This document shows positions 1-9,419 of a stretch of DNA of 64,000 nt, one piece after another. Each line of letters opens with the position of its first letter. Positions within the stretch are counted from its first letter, which is position 1. Source of the stretch: a virus. The DNA lies in the IMG/VR virus record IMGVR_UViG_3300022927_001391, positions 41,169 to 105,168 of that record. One strand, 5' to 3'. The position numbers and the translations under genes were made by a program. The notes under the pieces are model-generated. The model had not been told where the DNA came from and made no database searches. It saw nothing but the letters and a program-made list of their open reading frames with translations.

Positions 1-2
1 TC

Positions 3-191
3 AGTGATTGTGAACGTATTGTCGTATTCCTTGAGGACTGGCAGAGTGGTCATTACTTCGAGATAGATGGCTGTGGAAAAGTAAATTGGAAAAAGGGTGA
101 CTATGTTTACTGGAAAGGCGACACAGAACATATGGCTGCAAACTTAGGTACCACAAAGAGATACACACTTCAAATAACAGGACACAAATAA
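3..191 (+). CDS. 3' part of a 2OG-Fe(II) oxygenase/cupin-like protein (5'-truncated by window)
   Basis: Hand translation of frame 3: [23 protein letters not shown]...[34 protein letters not shown]. Similar to the C-terminal half of 41647..42186 (EDYCLGHF...WKQGDALLW...HLGANAG..KYTMQISG). Stop overlaps the purT ATG (TAATG). Not in the ORF track. Confidence 0.75.
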   Translation, partial: SDCERIVVFLEDWQSGHYFEIDGCGKVNWKKGDYVYWKGDTEHMAANLGTTKRYTLQITGHK

Positions 192-1366
192 TGAAACGTA
201 TATTATTACTAGGTAGCGGTGAACTTGGCAAGGAGTTTGTTATCAGTGCTAAAAGACTTGGCTGTTATGTTGTTGCTTGTGATAGCTATGCAGGTGCGCC
301 GGCGATGCAAGTAGCAGATCAATATGTTGTTTTTGATATGTTAGATGGCGAAATGTTATCTAATATTATAGATGAATACAAACCAGATCTCATAGTACCA
401 GAGATTGAAGCTATCCGTACAGAAGTCTTACTGGAAAAGGAAACACAGGGTTATACAGTTGTTCCTACAGCAAGAGCAACTAACCTAACAATGAATCGAG
501 ATCGTATTAGGGATCGTGCAGTTGAACTTGGTTTGCGTACAGCAAAGTTTGAATATGCTGAGGATTTAGAAATACTACAAAGTGCTTGTAGACGGATTGG
601 GTTTCCCTGCGTTGTAAAGCCTGTAATGAGCTCAAGCGGTAAAGGACAGAGTGTAATTGATGAGGAGCGTGAGGTGGATGCTGCATGGAAATATGCAGTA
701 TCAGGCATGCGTGGCGACAGGCAGCGTGTTATTGTAGAAGAGTTTATTGATTTTGATTTAGAACTTACACTGCTAACTGTAAAGCAACATGATGGACCTA
801 CGCTTTTCTGTCCACCAATTGGTCATTATCAGGAGCGTGGAGACTATCAGTACAGTTGGCAACCTGCACTAGAACAAACTTTTACAGGGCATATTATCGA
901 AACACATGCACAAGAGATGGCAAAAATCATTACAGATGATTTGGGTGGTGCTGGTATATTTGGTGTAGAGTTTTTTGTTAAGACCAAAGGCAATAGTCCT
1001 GAGGTTATCTTCAGCGAACTGAGTCCACGCCCACACGATACTGGAATGGTAACCATGTTTACGCAAAACCTAAGTGAGTTTGACTTACATGCAAGAGCTA
1101 TACTGGGATTACCAATTGGTGAAATTAAACTGGTACGTCCGGGCGCAAGTCACGTTGTACTAGCACATGAAACTATACATGAGTTTATTATAAGCGGTAT
1201 TAACGATGCACTTAAAATACCAGACGTTGATGTAAGAGTGTTTGGTAAGCCTACGACTAGACCATATCGTAGAATGGCAGTTGTACTTGCACCTAGTTTA
1301 GAAATTGCAAAAGAAGCAGCCGGTAAAATTAGTGTGATAGATATTGCAAGTGATGCAGGTGCATAA
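191..1366 (+). CDS. purT: Formate-dependent phosphoribosylglycinamide formyltransferase (ATP-grasp)
   Basis: [61 protein letters not shown] are PurT signature motifs; 391 aa. Confidence 0.93.
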   Translation: MKRILLLGSGELGKEFVISAKRLGCYVVACDSYAGAPAMQVADQYVVFDMLDGEMLSNIIDEYKPDLIVPEIEAIRTEVLLEKETQGYTVVPTARATNLTMNRDRIRDRAVELGLRTAKFEYAEDLEILQSACRRIGFPCVVKPVMSSSGKGQSVIDEEREVDAAWKYAVSGMRGDRQRVIVEEFIDFDLELTLLTVKQHDGPTLFCPPIGHYQERGDYQYSWQPALEQTFTGHIIETHAQEMAKIITDDLGGAGIFGVEFFVKTKGNSPEVIFSELSPRPHDTGMVTMFTQNLSEFDLHARAILGLPIGEIKLVRPGASHVVLAHETIHEFIISGINDALKIPDVDVRVFGKPTTRPYRRMAVVLAPSLEIAKEAAGKISVIDIASDAGA

Positions 1367-1968
1367 TGGAATACAAAATTTTAGATAAGTTTGAACATGC
1401 GCTTAGTGTATATACTGGTGCACCATTTGTTGTACTCACTGATAGTTGTACTCATGCTATTGAACTTTGTCTACGACTAAAGCATCCCAAAGGACCTGTA
1501 ATACTTCCCAAACACACCTACATTAGTATCCCAATGACAATACACAAGTTGGGATTAGAGTTATATTGGGACAAGGATTATAACTGGGAGTATGAATATC
1601 GTATTGCTCCTACAAATATCTGGGATAGTGCTAGAGCATTTGATGAAAATATGTATGTCAGCGGTCGTATGCAATGTCTAAGTTTTGGCTGGGATAAACG
1701 TTTGGCTATTGGTCATGGCGGTGCTATTCTACTTGATAGTAGGAGCGATTACTTCCAGTTAAAGCGTATGGCGTATGATGGCAGAACGTTAGATACTTCT
1801 CCTTGGGAGAATCAAACTTATTGGCGTTTAGGGTTTCATTACAATATGAGACTAGAAGATGCAGCAAAGGGCATAGATATGATGTTTCATCCAGAAGAAA
1901 TGCCAAACAAAGAAAGTCAGTTAAAGACTTATCCAGACTGTAGCAATATTAAAGTTGACTTATCTTAA
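1366..1968 (+). CDS. Short DegT/DnrJ-family PLP aminotransferase-like protein
   Basis: DSCTHAIELCL, WDSARAF, CLSFGWDKRLAIGHGGAIL (SFxxxK PLP lysine), GFHYNM; only 200 aa. Confidence 0.75.
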   Translation: MEYKILDKFEHALSVYTGAPFVVLTDSCTHAIELCLRLKHPKGPVILPKHTYISIPMTIHKLGLELYWDKDYNWEYEYRIAPTNIWDSARAFDENMYVSGRMQCLSFGWDKRLAIGHGGAILLDSRSDYFQLKRMAYDGRTLDTSPWENQTYWRLGFHYNMRLEDAAKGIDMMFHPEEMPNKESQLKTYPDCSNIKVDLS

Positions 1969-1983
1969 TTTATATCTTATAAT
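1955..1983 (+). promoter_or_regulatory. sigma70-type promoter for folE-yhhQ
   Basis: TTGACT (1955-1960), 17 bp, TATAAT (1978-1983), followed by AAGGA RBS and ATG at 2011. Confidence 0.75.
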
Positions 1984-2010
1984 TAAAAAAATTACAAAGG
2001 AACACAGTAC

Positions 2011-2691
2011 ATGAGAAAGACTTCCGATATTATTCGTAATCGCATTCGCGAGACAAACACACGTTTTCATTCTAATGATAACATTAGTGAGTTCATTGAA
2101 GAAGGTGAACTGACACTACTTCAACAAGAAGTTGAAGATAGATTCCAAGAAGTTCTCGATGCACTAATAATTGATACAGAGAACGATCACAATACACAAG
2201 AGACAGCCAAGCGTGTTGCCAAGATGTTTATTAATGAAACATTTGGCGGCCGTTACGCACCAATGCCACGGGTTACGGCATTTCCTAATATGGGTTACAA
2301 GAGCATGTATACCAGCGGCCCTATTAGTATCCGTAGTACCTGTGCTCACCACTTCCAAAACATCGTGGGCAACTGCTGGGTCGGAATTATCCCAGAAGAT
2401 GAAGTAATTGGTCTTAGTAAGTTCAATCGCATCATTCACCATATCGCTGAACGCCCACAGATTCAGGAAGAAATGACTACACAGATTGCAGAAGCATTAA
2501 AAGAATATGCAAAGACAGAGCATATCGCTGTAGTAGTTAAAGCTGAACATCATTGTATGACACATCGTGGTGTTCGCGAACATGAGAGCGATATGACTAC
2601 CGCAGTGATGTGTGGTGGATTTCTAAATGATCCAAGTGTAAAGCAGGAGTTTTACAACATCTGTTTGAGCATGAAGGGTCATAGTAACTAA
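2011..2691 (+). CDS. folE: GTP cyclohydrolase I
   Basis: ETAKRVAKM, STCAHHF, GLSKFNRI, RPQIQEEMT, AEHHCMTHRGV motifs with the Zn ligands. Confidence 0.95.
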   Translation: MRKTSDIIRNRIRETNTRFHSNDNISEFIEEGELTLLQQEVEDRFQEVLDALIIDTENDHNTQETAKRVAKMFINETFGGRYAPMPRVTAFPNMGYKSMYTSGPISIRSTCAHHFQNIVGNCWVGIIPEDEVIGLSKFNRIIHHIAERPQIQEEMTTQIAEALKEYAKTEHIAVVVKAEHHCMTHRGVREHESDMTTAVMCGGFLNDPSVKQEFYNICLSMKGHSN

Positions 2692-2705
2692 TCAGGGAGA
2701 AACAT

Positions 2706-3329
2706 ATGTTGAAGTTACTAGAAGGTGTAGATCGCAAGTTGGTTAATCAGCTTGTTATCATGCACGTAATCGTAATTGCACTTTCAAATTACTTGGTGCA
2801 GTTCAAGTTTAACCTGTTCCCAGGTGCTAACTTGCCATTCTTTGGTGAGTTTCCACTTGCAGTTGCAGCATTTACATTTCCAATTGTAGTTGTTGCCACT
2901 GACTTGACCGTCCGTATGGTGGGCAAGGAAGCAGGCAGGGCAGTTGTTGCCCTAGCAGTCATCCCAGCAATCATTGTAAGTATTTTGGTTGTTTGGGGCG
3001 GCGGTGCACCAGTTGAGAAGGCACTACGTATTGGTGCAGCAAGTGGTGTTGCATATGGCGTTGGTACAATGCTAGACGTTTATGTATTCCAGCATATTCG
3101 TGAGAAGTTCACAGAGATGTGGTGGGCTGCTCCAGCATTTTCAACAGTCTGTGCAAACGTACTAGACACTTATGCGTTCTTCTATACAGCATTTTATCCA
3201 GCACCTTGGGTACATGCTGTTGCGTTCAACCAAACAATTACAAAGATCGTTGTAGGGTTGATTGTGTTCCTACCAGCATATGGTTTCCTACTAGGCCATC
3301 TGCGTAAGAAACTAGGGCGTACTCTATAA
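2706..3329 (+). CDS. yhhQ: preQ0/preQ1 (queuosine precursor) transporter, VUT family
   Basis: Multi-TM protein; SNYLVQ, AFTFP..VATDLTVR, LDVYVF match YhhQ; adjacent to folE. Confidence 0.85.
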   Translation: MLKLLEGVDRKLVNQLVIMHVIVIALSNYLVQFKFNLFPGANLPFFGEFPLAVAAFTFPIVVVATDLTVRMVGKEAGRAVVALAVIPAIIVSILVVWGGGAPVEKALRIGAASGVAYGVGTMLDVYVFQHIREKFTEMWWAAPAFSTVCANVLDTYAFFYTAFYPAPWVHAVAFNQTITKIVVGLIVFLPAYGFLLGHLRKKLGRTL

Positions 3330-3342
3330 CAATAACGCTATG

Positions 3343-3375
3343 AAACGGAGGGTCCGTGTTGGGCCCTCCGTTTTC
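3343..3375 (+). terminator. Rho-independent terminator after yhhQ
   Basis: AAACGGAGGGTCC-gtgtt-GGGCCCTCCGTTT stem ending in a T run. Confidence 0.75.
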
Positions 3376-3391
3376 ATAAAGGACAACTTTA

Positions 3392-3694
3392 ATGCCAAAA
3401 ATATATGAATCACCAGACGGTGGTATTACTATACGTGCAAGAGAAATAGGCGATCCTATTTCAAGTACTATTACAATCGGGGGCTCGACCTCAACGGTGA
3501 CAAGTACTGGATTTGGAAATGCAGCTAACATTACCATAACTCCTCCAACTGATCCTCTTGAGGAATATTTGCAACAAAGACTTGATATGATGGACAAGTA
3601 TCCAGAATTAAAAGAAAAATGGGAAGAGTTTGCAGAGTTAGAACGCCATTACAAAGCCTGGGATTTACTTAATATAAAGGAAAGTAAAGTATGA
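3392..3694 (+). CDS. Hypothetical phage protein
   Basis: ORF with AAGGA RBS; IYESPDGG.T..R N-terminus; ends in an ATGA-type junction with the next gene. Confidence 0.6.
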   Translation: MPKIYESPDGGITIRAREIGDPISSTITIGGSTSTVTSTGFGNAANITITPPTDPLEEYLQQRLDMMDKYPELKEKWEEFAELERHYKAWDLLNIKESKV

Positions 3695-4011
3695 AATGGT
3701 TTGATAAATGGTTTTATAAACAAAGTAAAAAGGCGTGGGAATCGCAATCTTGTAATTCAACCCCTAGCGTCGACGCTAGGAGTATTCCTAACGTCCCTAC
3801 TCATGGTAGGCCTACTCCCAGTAATATAGGGGTAGAAGGATTAAATATGCAAGTTGCTAGAGCTACAGGTGGATATATAATTCAATTCAATAGATATGAT
3901 GGTCTTAACGACGTTAATAATAGTAATCTTTATATTATCAATGACGAAGATGATTTTGATACAAAAATTAGTAGTATTATTAAGTTGGAAATGTTTAAAC
4001 TTCCACATTAA
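3691..4011 (+). CDS. Hypothetical phage protein
   Basis: ORF coupled to the previous one, with RBS. Confidence 0.6.
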   Translation: MKWFDKWFYKQSKKAWESQSCNSTPSVDARSIPNVPTHGRPTPSNIGVEGLNMQVARATGGYIIQFNRYDGLNDVNNSNLYIINDEDDFDTKISSIIKLEMFKLPH

Positions 4012-4025
4012 CAAAAAATTTAAGA

Positions 4026-4058
4026 AACGGTAGACAAGTCTAGACTCTGTGTTATTAT
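4026..4058 (+). promoter_or_regulatory. Early-type promoter of the subtilase gene
   Basis: AAACGGTAGACA, 16 bp ending GTGT, TATTAT; same architecture as the promoter cassettes at 18.2-19.4 kb. Confidence 0.55.
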
Positions 4059-4113
4059 AAGAGTATGTTCAAGGTGAACATGCTCTTTTTAGTCAAACTA
4101 ACACGGGGTTAAA

Positions 4114-7100
4114 ATGACTTATAAGACACTAGCAAGCGCATTGCTCGCCACTACAATGCTGACAGCGTGTCAGGGTGGCGGAAGCGCAGTTAACACAGTA
4201 AAGCGTGAACTTAGTCCTACAGCGAATATCAATTTTGCTGCTATCTCAGGTGAAATTTCTGCTCTAGAGGCAGCAGTAATGGAAGCACAGGGCGCATCAA
4301 GCCTTAGTGCAATCCTTAATCCTACACAAGCAGACAAACATATGGCAGGAGACATTGTCAGCAAGATTGACAATGTTATAGCTAGTTGGGATAGCCATAA
4401 GGCAGAAATGAATGCCAAACTCTTGGCAGTAAAACTAGCTGATCCTGACTTTCAGAAAGCTGAAGCTGTAGTAAACATCCTCAAAAATCAGGTGCGTCCA
4501 CTTGTTGTTAACGTAACTGAAGGCAAGGCTTACGATACTACCAAGTTTGTCTTTATGGAAAAGAAAGAATCACTGGATAAGGTTATTGAAGATACTAAAA
4601 AGGATATCTTTAATAATGTTGTACCAACTCTTATTAGCTCAAGCACAAGCGCAGTAAAGGTATCTGAAACTACAGCTACAAGTTCGGCAGAGCGTATTAG
4701 TGAAACCGTTGTTACAGACGGTGAGCAGACAGTGCGTGGCGGCACTGGAATTAGTGACCTAACTCGTACTGCTAGCTGGACACGCACTACAACTAAGAAG
4801 ATGGTATATGATCGTAGCTGGAGTGTTACATTACAGAACGTAACAACCTCTGTATTCAGCGATGGTACAACTAAGACTGAAAATGGTGCAGAACGAGAAG
4901 TTCCTTATAAGGTAACTCTTGATGCATCACCGCAGGTAAGTACTGAATCGCTATCTAAAACTATTGCTTACAGTGTTAAAGAAAATAACGATCCTGCAAT
5001 TACGGTTACACGCGGTTCAGCGTCAGTCGAGAATGTATACGAAGATCGTGTAGAGAAGGTTACACAGAGTGATGGTAGCATTCTACACAATACGATTCGT
5101 AAGACAACTACAACGACTACCACGCCAGTTACTACTACTAAAACTTATCCTAAGATCAGCGTCTATACATATGAGGATGGACACTCGTTCACTCATGATG
5201 CTACGGATGAAGTTATTAGTAGTGTGGAAAACGAAGTAGTAGTAACTACTAGTGAGTCCACTATTAACTCAACTACTGAACATGTGGTTACCAAGGAAAC
5301 AACAACAAACGAAATCATTACTGAAGTAGTAGAGAGCGAGCCGGTATTTGATACTGTTTATGAGGATAAAACTACAACTGAAACAGTTGATAGCAAAATC
5401 ATTACAACAGTTACTCGTTACTATACCACTACAGCCACAGTAACAACTACTACTACCACAAAAACTACTCCAGTCACCAAGCAGATTTGGACTGATGGTA
5501 CTGAGAAGATTATTCGTGGTGACACTGTTACTGATGTAAAGACTGCTAGTACTGTTGCCAAGGATACCTGGACCAAGGTAATGAGCACCACAACCACAGA
5601 TGCGCCGGCTGATACTACGCCTATTGCTGACGATCACCCGGATATGGGAACTCGCACAGCAGGTTATAATACTGATCCAACAAGTTATCGTACATCAGAA
5701 TTTACAGGCACTAAAGGCGTAAACTTTCTGAGTGCTGTTAAAGCAGATGTTGCTTACTCACGTGGTTGGACAGGTAAAGGCAGTCTAATTACCATTGCTG
5801 ATACTGGCTGGGACAGAGATCATACAGATCTTTCTAGTGCGGTGAAGCATGAGTATAATACACTAACTGGCGGCACTAACACTTTTATGGATGACAACGT
5901 TGGTCACGGTAGTCATGTGTTGGGCATCGCGGCTGGGCGTAAGAACGGGTCAGGCATCCACGGTGTTGCATTCGATGCAGACGTAGCTGTAGTTAAGGTG
6001 ACTGACAGCACTGTTTATAGCTTCCAGCGAGCTAGAGCTGGCGCAGCATGGGCCAGAGATTTGGGTAGTATTGCTTTCAGTGCCAGTGCAAACTGGAATG
6101 AAGACAGTGCGTTCAGAAGCAGTATCGTAAATATCGGTTCTGGAATGAATTACAGTAATCACTGGTACTACGGTGAGAATGGATACAATGGTGCTGTAGA
6201 CGAAGCCAAGTTGTGGGCGACTGCACTAGGTAGCGAACAGATCCTTGTGAACAGTGCTGGTAACTTTGCTAAAGACTATGTATCAGGCAGTGCACAGATG
6301 GCCCATGCTACTGATGCAAATGGAAACCTTATTATGGGCGGACGCATGCTGATTGTTGGTAGCTATGATGTTACTAACAATAAAATCTCTAGTTTCAGCA
6401 ACAAGGCTGGTACTGTTTGTGCCACCTGGGACTTTACAAATAATCTCTGTAAAGATGCTGCAAGGGCTAGCGACTTCTATATCCTTGCTCCAGGCGAACG
6501 TATTGAAAGTGCTTACAAGGATGGCACAACTGTAACAATGAGTGGTACAAGTATGGCTGCTCCTGTGGTTACAGGATCACTTGCTATCCTACACCAGATG
6601 TGGCCACATATGAAAGGTGAAAACCTCGTTAAACTTGTTCTGCAGACTACTAACAAGGACCTGCCAGGTTACACTGTGGAAACACATGGACAAGGCATGT
6701 TGGACTTGGACAAGGCTACACAGCCTGTAGGTGCAACAGGTATTCCAACAAGCGGGCGTACGAGTGGTGCTATTGCTAACCTTGAAACACTAAGTGGTGG
6801 CGCTGCTGTCGGAAGTATTAGTAGCGATGCATTTGCGGCACTAAGTAATGTTACGGTGCTTGATAGCTTTGAGCGTGATTTTACAATCAATCTAAACAAC
6901 ACTCAAGCTATTGATACTCGTCCTGGATCGTCAACAGAAGCACTAAGTTTTGGTGCAAACTATGACGGTTATTGGAATCTTGCTAATGCCGGCGAAGGCA
7001 CTAGTGACTTGTTTGGTATTAGGACATCATTCAAGTTTGACCCAGATGCTAAAGCCAATGGCGACTGGGGCATGCGTACAGAGTATGATGTGCATAGTAG

Positions 7101-7662
7101 CGAAGAAACTACTATTACTGCCGCACTTGGAATGATTAAGGAGACAGGTAAGTTCCTTAACAACGTTCAGGAAGGCTTTATGGGAGTTGGTGAGTCACAC
7201 ACCACAAACTATGCAGGCTTGCGTCTCAATCACAAGTTTGATGAGAACTGGTTTGGGTTTGGTAACTTCCAGTTGGGCATGACAGACGTTGAGTCATCCA
7301 AGGAGTTTAGTCTAGTAACTGGGTACAGCACCCTAGTAAGTAACAGTTGGGGTGTCGGTGCAGGTTACAAGTTTACTAACGGGTGGACTGTTGGCGCTAA
7401 CTTTAGTCAGCCAATGACAGTTACAAGCGGTAAGATGAACTACAAGGTTCCAGTAGGACGTACACTTGACGGACAGGTATTATTTAATGAAGGAAGTGCT
7501 GATGCAAGTACGAAAAATATTGAATATGATACCGGTTTGTTTGTAAAATATAATGTAAACAATGTTGCACTTGCTGGCTATGCAGAGCATCGTAGCAATG
7601 TTGCAGGTGTCTCAGGTAACAATGAAGTTAACCTAGGCATGAAAGTGAACTTGAAGTTCTAA
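4114..7662 (+). CDS. Lipoprotein S8 (subtilisin-like) serine protease with Thr-rich stalk and autotransporter-like C-terminal beta-barrel
   Basis: Lipobox LTA-C; catalytic IADTG, GHGSHVLG, NSAGN, SGTSMAAP; C-terminal alternating beta strands ending KVNLKF. Confidence 0.85.
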   Translation: MTYKTLASALLATTMLTACQGGGSAVNTVKRELSPTANINFAAISGEISALEAAVMEAQGASSLSAILNPTQADKHMAGDIVSKIDNVIASWDSHKAEMNAKLLAVKLADPDFQKAEAVVNILKNQVRPLVVNVTEGKAYDTTKFVFMEKKESLDKVIEDTKKDIFNNVVPTLISSSTSAVKVSETTATSSAERISETVVTDGEQTVRGGTGISDLTRTASWTRTTTKKMVYDRSWSVTLQNVTTSVFSDGTTKTENGAEREVPYKVTLDASPQVSTESLSKTIAYSVKENNDPAITVTRGSASVENVYEDRVEKVTQSDGSILHNTIRKTTTTTTTPVTTTKTYPKISVYTYEDGHSFTHDATDEVISSVENEVVVTTSESTINSTTEHVVTKETTTNEIITEVVESEPVFDTVYEDKTTTETVDSKIITTVTRYYTTTATVTTTTTTKTTPVTKQIWTDGTEKIIRGDTVTDVKTASTVAKDTWTKVMSTTTTDAPADTTPIADDHPDMGTRTAGYNTDPTSYRTSEFTGTKGVNFLSAVKADVAYSRGWTGKGSLITIADTGWDRDHTDLSSAVKHEYNTLTGGTNTFMDDNVGHGSHVLGIAAGRKNGSGIHGVAFDADVAVVKVTDSTVYSFQRARAGAAWARDLGSIAFSASANWNEDSAFRSSIVNIGSGMNYSNHWYYGENGYNGAVDEAKLWATALGSEQILVNSAGNFAKDYVSGSAQMAHATDANGNLIMGGRMLIVGSYDVTNNKISSFSNKAGTVCATWDFTNNLCKDAARASDFYILAPGERIESAYKDGTTVTMSGTSMAAPVVTGSLAILHQMWPHMKGENLVKLVLQTTNKDLPGYTVETHGQGMLDLDKATQPVGATGIPTSGRTSGAIANLETLSGGAAVGSISSDAFAALSNVTVLDSFERDFTINLNNTQAIDTRPGSSTEALSFGANYDGYWNLANAGEGTSDLFGIRTSFKFDPDAKANGDWGMRTEYDVHSSEETTITAALGMIKETGKFLNNVQEGFMGVGESHTTNYAGLRLNHKFDENWFGFGNFQLGMTDVESSKEFSLVTGYSTLVSNSWGVGAGYKFTNGWTVGANFSQPMTVTSGKMNYKVPVGRTLDGQVLFNEGSADASTKNIEYDTGLFVKYNVNNVALAGYAEHRSNVAGVSGNNEVNLGMKVNLKF

Positions 7663-7674
7663 GGAGAAAAGGTA

Positions 7675-8133
7675 TTGAACCTAACTACGCTGACATATGA
7701 AAATGTAGAAGCACTACAGTTTGATACCAACCACGACCCCGTGAGACCCGAGCTTGACCTTAATTTTAGGTTGGGCCCGGGTCGTCGGGTTTATGTGTTG
7801 GAAACGGACGGTAAGTATCAGGCAGCAATTTGCGTTGCCTATACTAATGAAGTACCAACTACTGTAAAGGAACTTGACCTTATGAGTCAGGCTGCTTGTC
7901 AGGAAGATCAACACGGTTCTATTTGCGTAGCATATACAGTTTGGAGTCGTGCGCCACGTGCTGGCAGAGACGTTGTTTTTCGTTTGCTAGATGAATGTCG
8001 TGCAAATGATAAAGTCAAACGTCTTATTACACTAAGTCCAAAAACGGATATGGCACGGAGGTTTCACTTAAACAATGGAGCAGTTACTTTGCAGAACAAT
8101 ACTGCAACTGATAACTACGAATACAGTTTATGA
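7675..8133 (+). CDS. GNAT-like phage protein
   Basis: AYTVWS..PRAGR and TLSPKT.MARRFHL.NGA resemble GNAT motifs A/B; TTG start after AAGGAG. Confidence 0.5.
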   Translation: MNLTTLTYENVEALQFDTNHDPVRPELDLNFRLGPGRRVYVLETDGKYQAAICVAYTNEVPTTVKELDLMSQAACQEDQHGSICVAYTVWSRAPRAGRDVVFRLLDECRANDKVKRLITLSPKTDMARRFHLNNGAVTLQNNTATDNYEYSL

Positions 8134-8567
8134 ATATGTTCAAAGATAGGAAACGTGTAATCCTAGATCGCATTGGGCAGAAGCCCTACTTGGTTAGGTA
8201 TTACTTGTTTCTAAAAGATCGTAAATGGTTTCCATTTAATGTATTTTTACATAAGTTTTTACAAAGCGATCCGGATGAACTACACGATCATCCCTGGCCC
8301 TACTTCACGCTAATCTTACGTGGGGGTTATTGGGAGACTACTCCTAAAGGACGCTTCTGGCGTGGTCCAGGACACATGCGTTTTAGCGGTCCTAAGAGTC
8401 TACATCGTGTAGAACTAGAACCAGGAGTATGTGCTTGGTCACTATTCATTCCTGGTCCTAAACTACGTGAGTGGGGTTTCATTGTCAACGGCAAATGGAT
8501 GCACAATGAAAAGTATTTTGAATGGCGTAAGCAAAAGGTGAGAGATGAAAAAATTATATCTGTCTAA
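8130..8567 (+). CDS. Cupin-fold phage protein
   Basis: LHDHPW...GGYWE...HRVEL metal-binding cupin pattern. Confidence 0.65.
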   Translation: MNMFKDRKRVILDRIGQKPYLVRYYLFLKDRKWFPFNVFLHKFLQSDPDELHDHPWPYFTLILRGGYWETTPKGRFWRGPGHMRFSGPKSLHRVELEPGVCAWSLFIPGPKLREWGFIVNGKWMHNEKYFEWRKQKVRDEKIISV

Positions 8568-9057
8568 TCGAGATATTGAAAAGGGTGTACATAACGTTAT
8601 AAAGCAAATGTATGCTGACAACTGGCGGCCCGATTATATTGTAGGTATTACCAGAGGTGGATTAATTCCTGCTGTTCTAATGAGTCATCTTACAGGTATT
8701 AAAATGCACACACTGGATGTTCGTTTGCGTGATGGCGATGAACAAGAATCCAACTGTTGGATGGCAGAAGATGCATTTGGTATTTTCCAAATGGGTGGCA
8801 TATATGAAGATAAGAAAATTCTTATCCTAGACGATATTAACGATAGTGGTGCTACATTCCAATGGATTAAAGAAGATTGGCCGGCAGGCTGTCATCCAAA
8901 TGAACACCGATGGGATAAAGTTTGGAATCAGAATGTTCGCTTTGCAACTATTGTAAACAATCTTGCAAGTCCATTTAACATCGATTATACAAGCATTGAA
9001 ATTAACAAAGCTGAAGAAGATACATGGGTCGTATTCCCCTATGAGGAGTGGTGGTGA
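8545..9057 (+). CDS. Type I phosphoribosyltransferase (Gpt/Hpt-like)
   Basis: VGITRGGLIPA, ILILDDINDSGAT (PRPP loop), WVVFPYE. Confidence 0.85.
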   Translation: MKKLYLSNRDIEKGVHNVIKQMYADNWRPDYIVGITRGGLIPAVLMSHLTGIKMHTLDVRLRDGDEQESNCWMAEDAFGIFQMGGIYEDKKILILDDINDSGATFQWIKEDWPAGCHPNEHRWDKVWNQNVRFATIVNNLASPFNIDYTSIEINKAEEDTWVVFPYEEWW

Positions 9058-9419
9058 TGATTGAACTCTTAATAGCACTGCTAGTTAAGCACTGGCTCAG
9101 CGACTTCTGTTTACAAACTCCGTGGATGATCCAGGCAAAAAGTAAACCATTTGGTCTAGGTGGACTGATCCATGCAGCTATACACGGTGTCTTTACATTT
9201 GTTATTTGTTATTATTTTATTGGTTGGCCTTTTGCTCTATTTGTTGGATTAGCTGATTTCGCCGTACACTACACTATTGATTATTGTAAAGAACTAGTAT
9301 CGCGTGTTATGAAACTGACACCAGCACATCAGCAGTATTGGATATTGTTTGGTTTTGATCAACTATTACATATGTTAACATATGTTGCTATTTGGAGTTA
9401 TGCACGTGGCATTATTTGA
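9048..9419 (+). CDS. DUF3307-like membrane protein
   Basis: KHWLSDF.LQ, HAAIHG, HYTIDY.K, GFDQLLH His/Asp motifs in TM helices. Confidence 0.7.
   Translation: MVVMIELLIALLVKHWLSDFCLQTPWMIQAKSKPFGLGGLIHAAIHGVFTFVICYYFIGWPFALFVGLADFAVHYTIDYCKELVSRVMKLTPAHQQYWILFGFDQLLHMLTYVAIWSYARGII

Noticed and set aside
1-231. Minus-strand 76-aa ORF in the track
   Set aside because: Antisense shadow of the plus-strand oxygenase fragment and the purT start; no motif.
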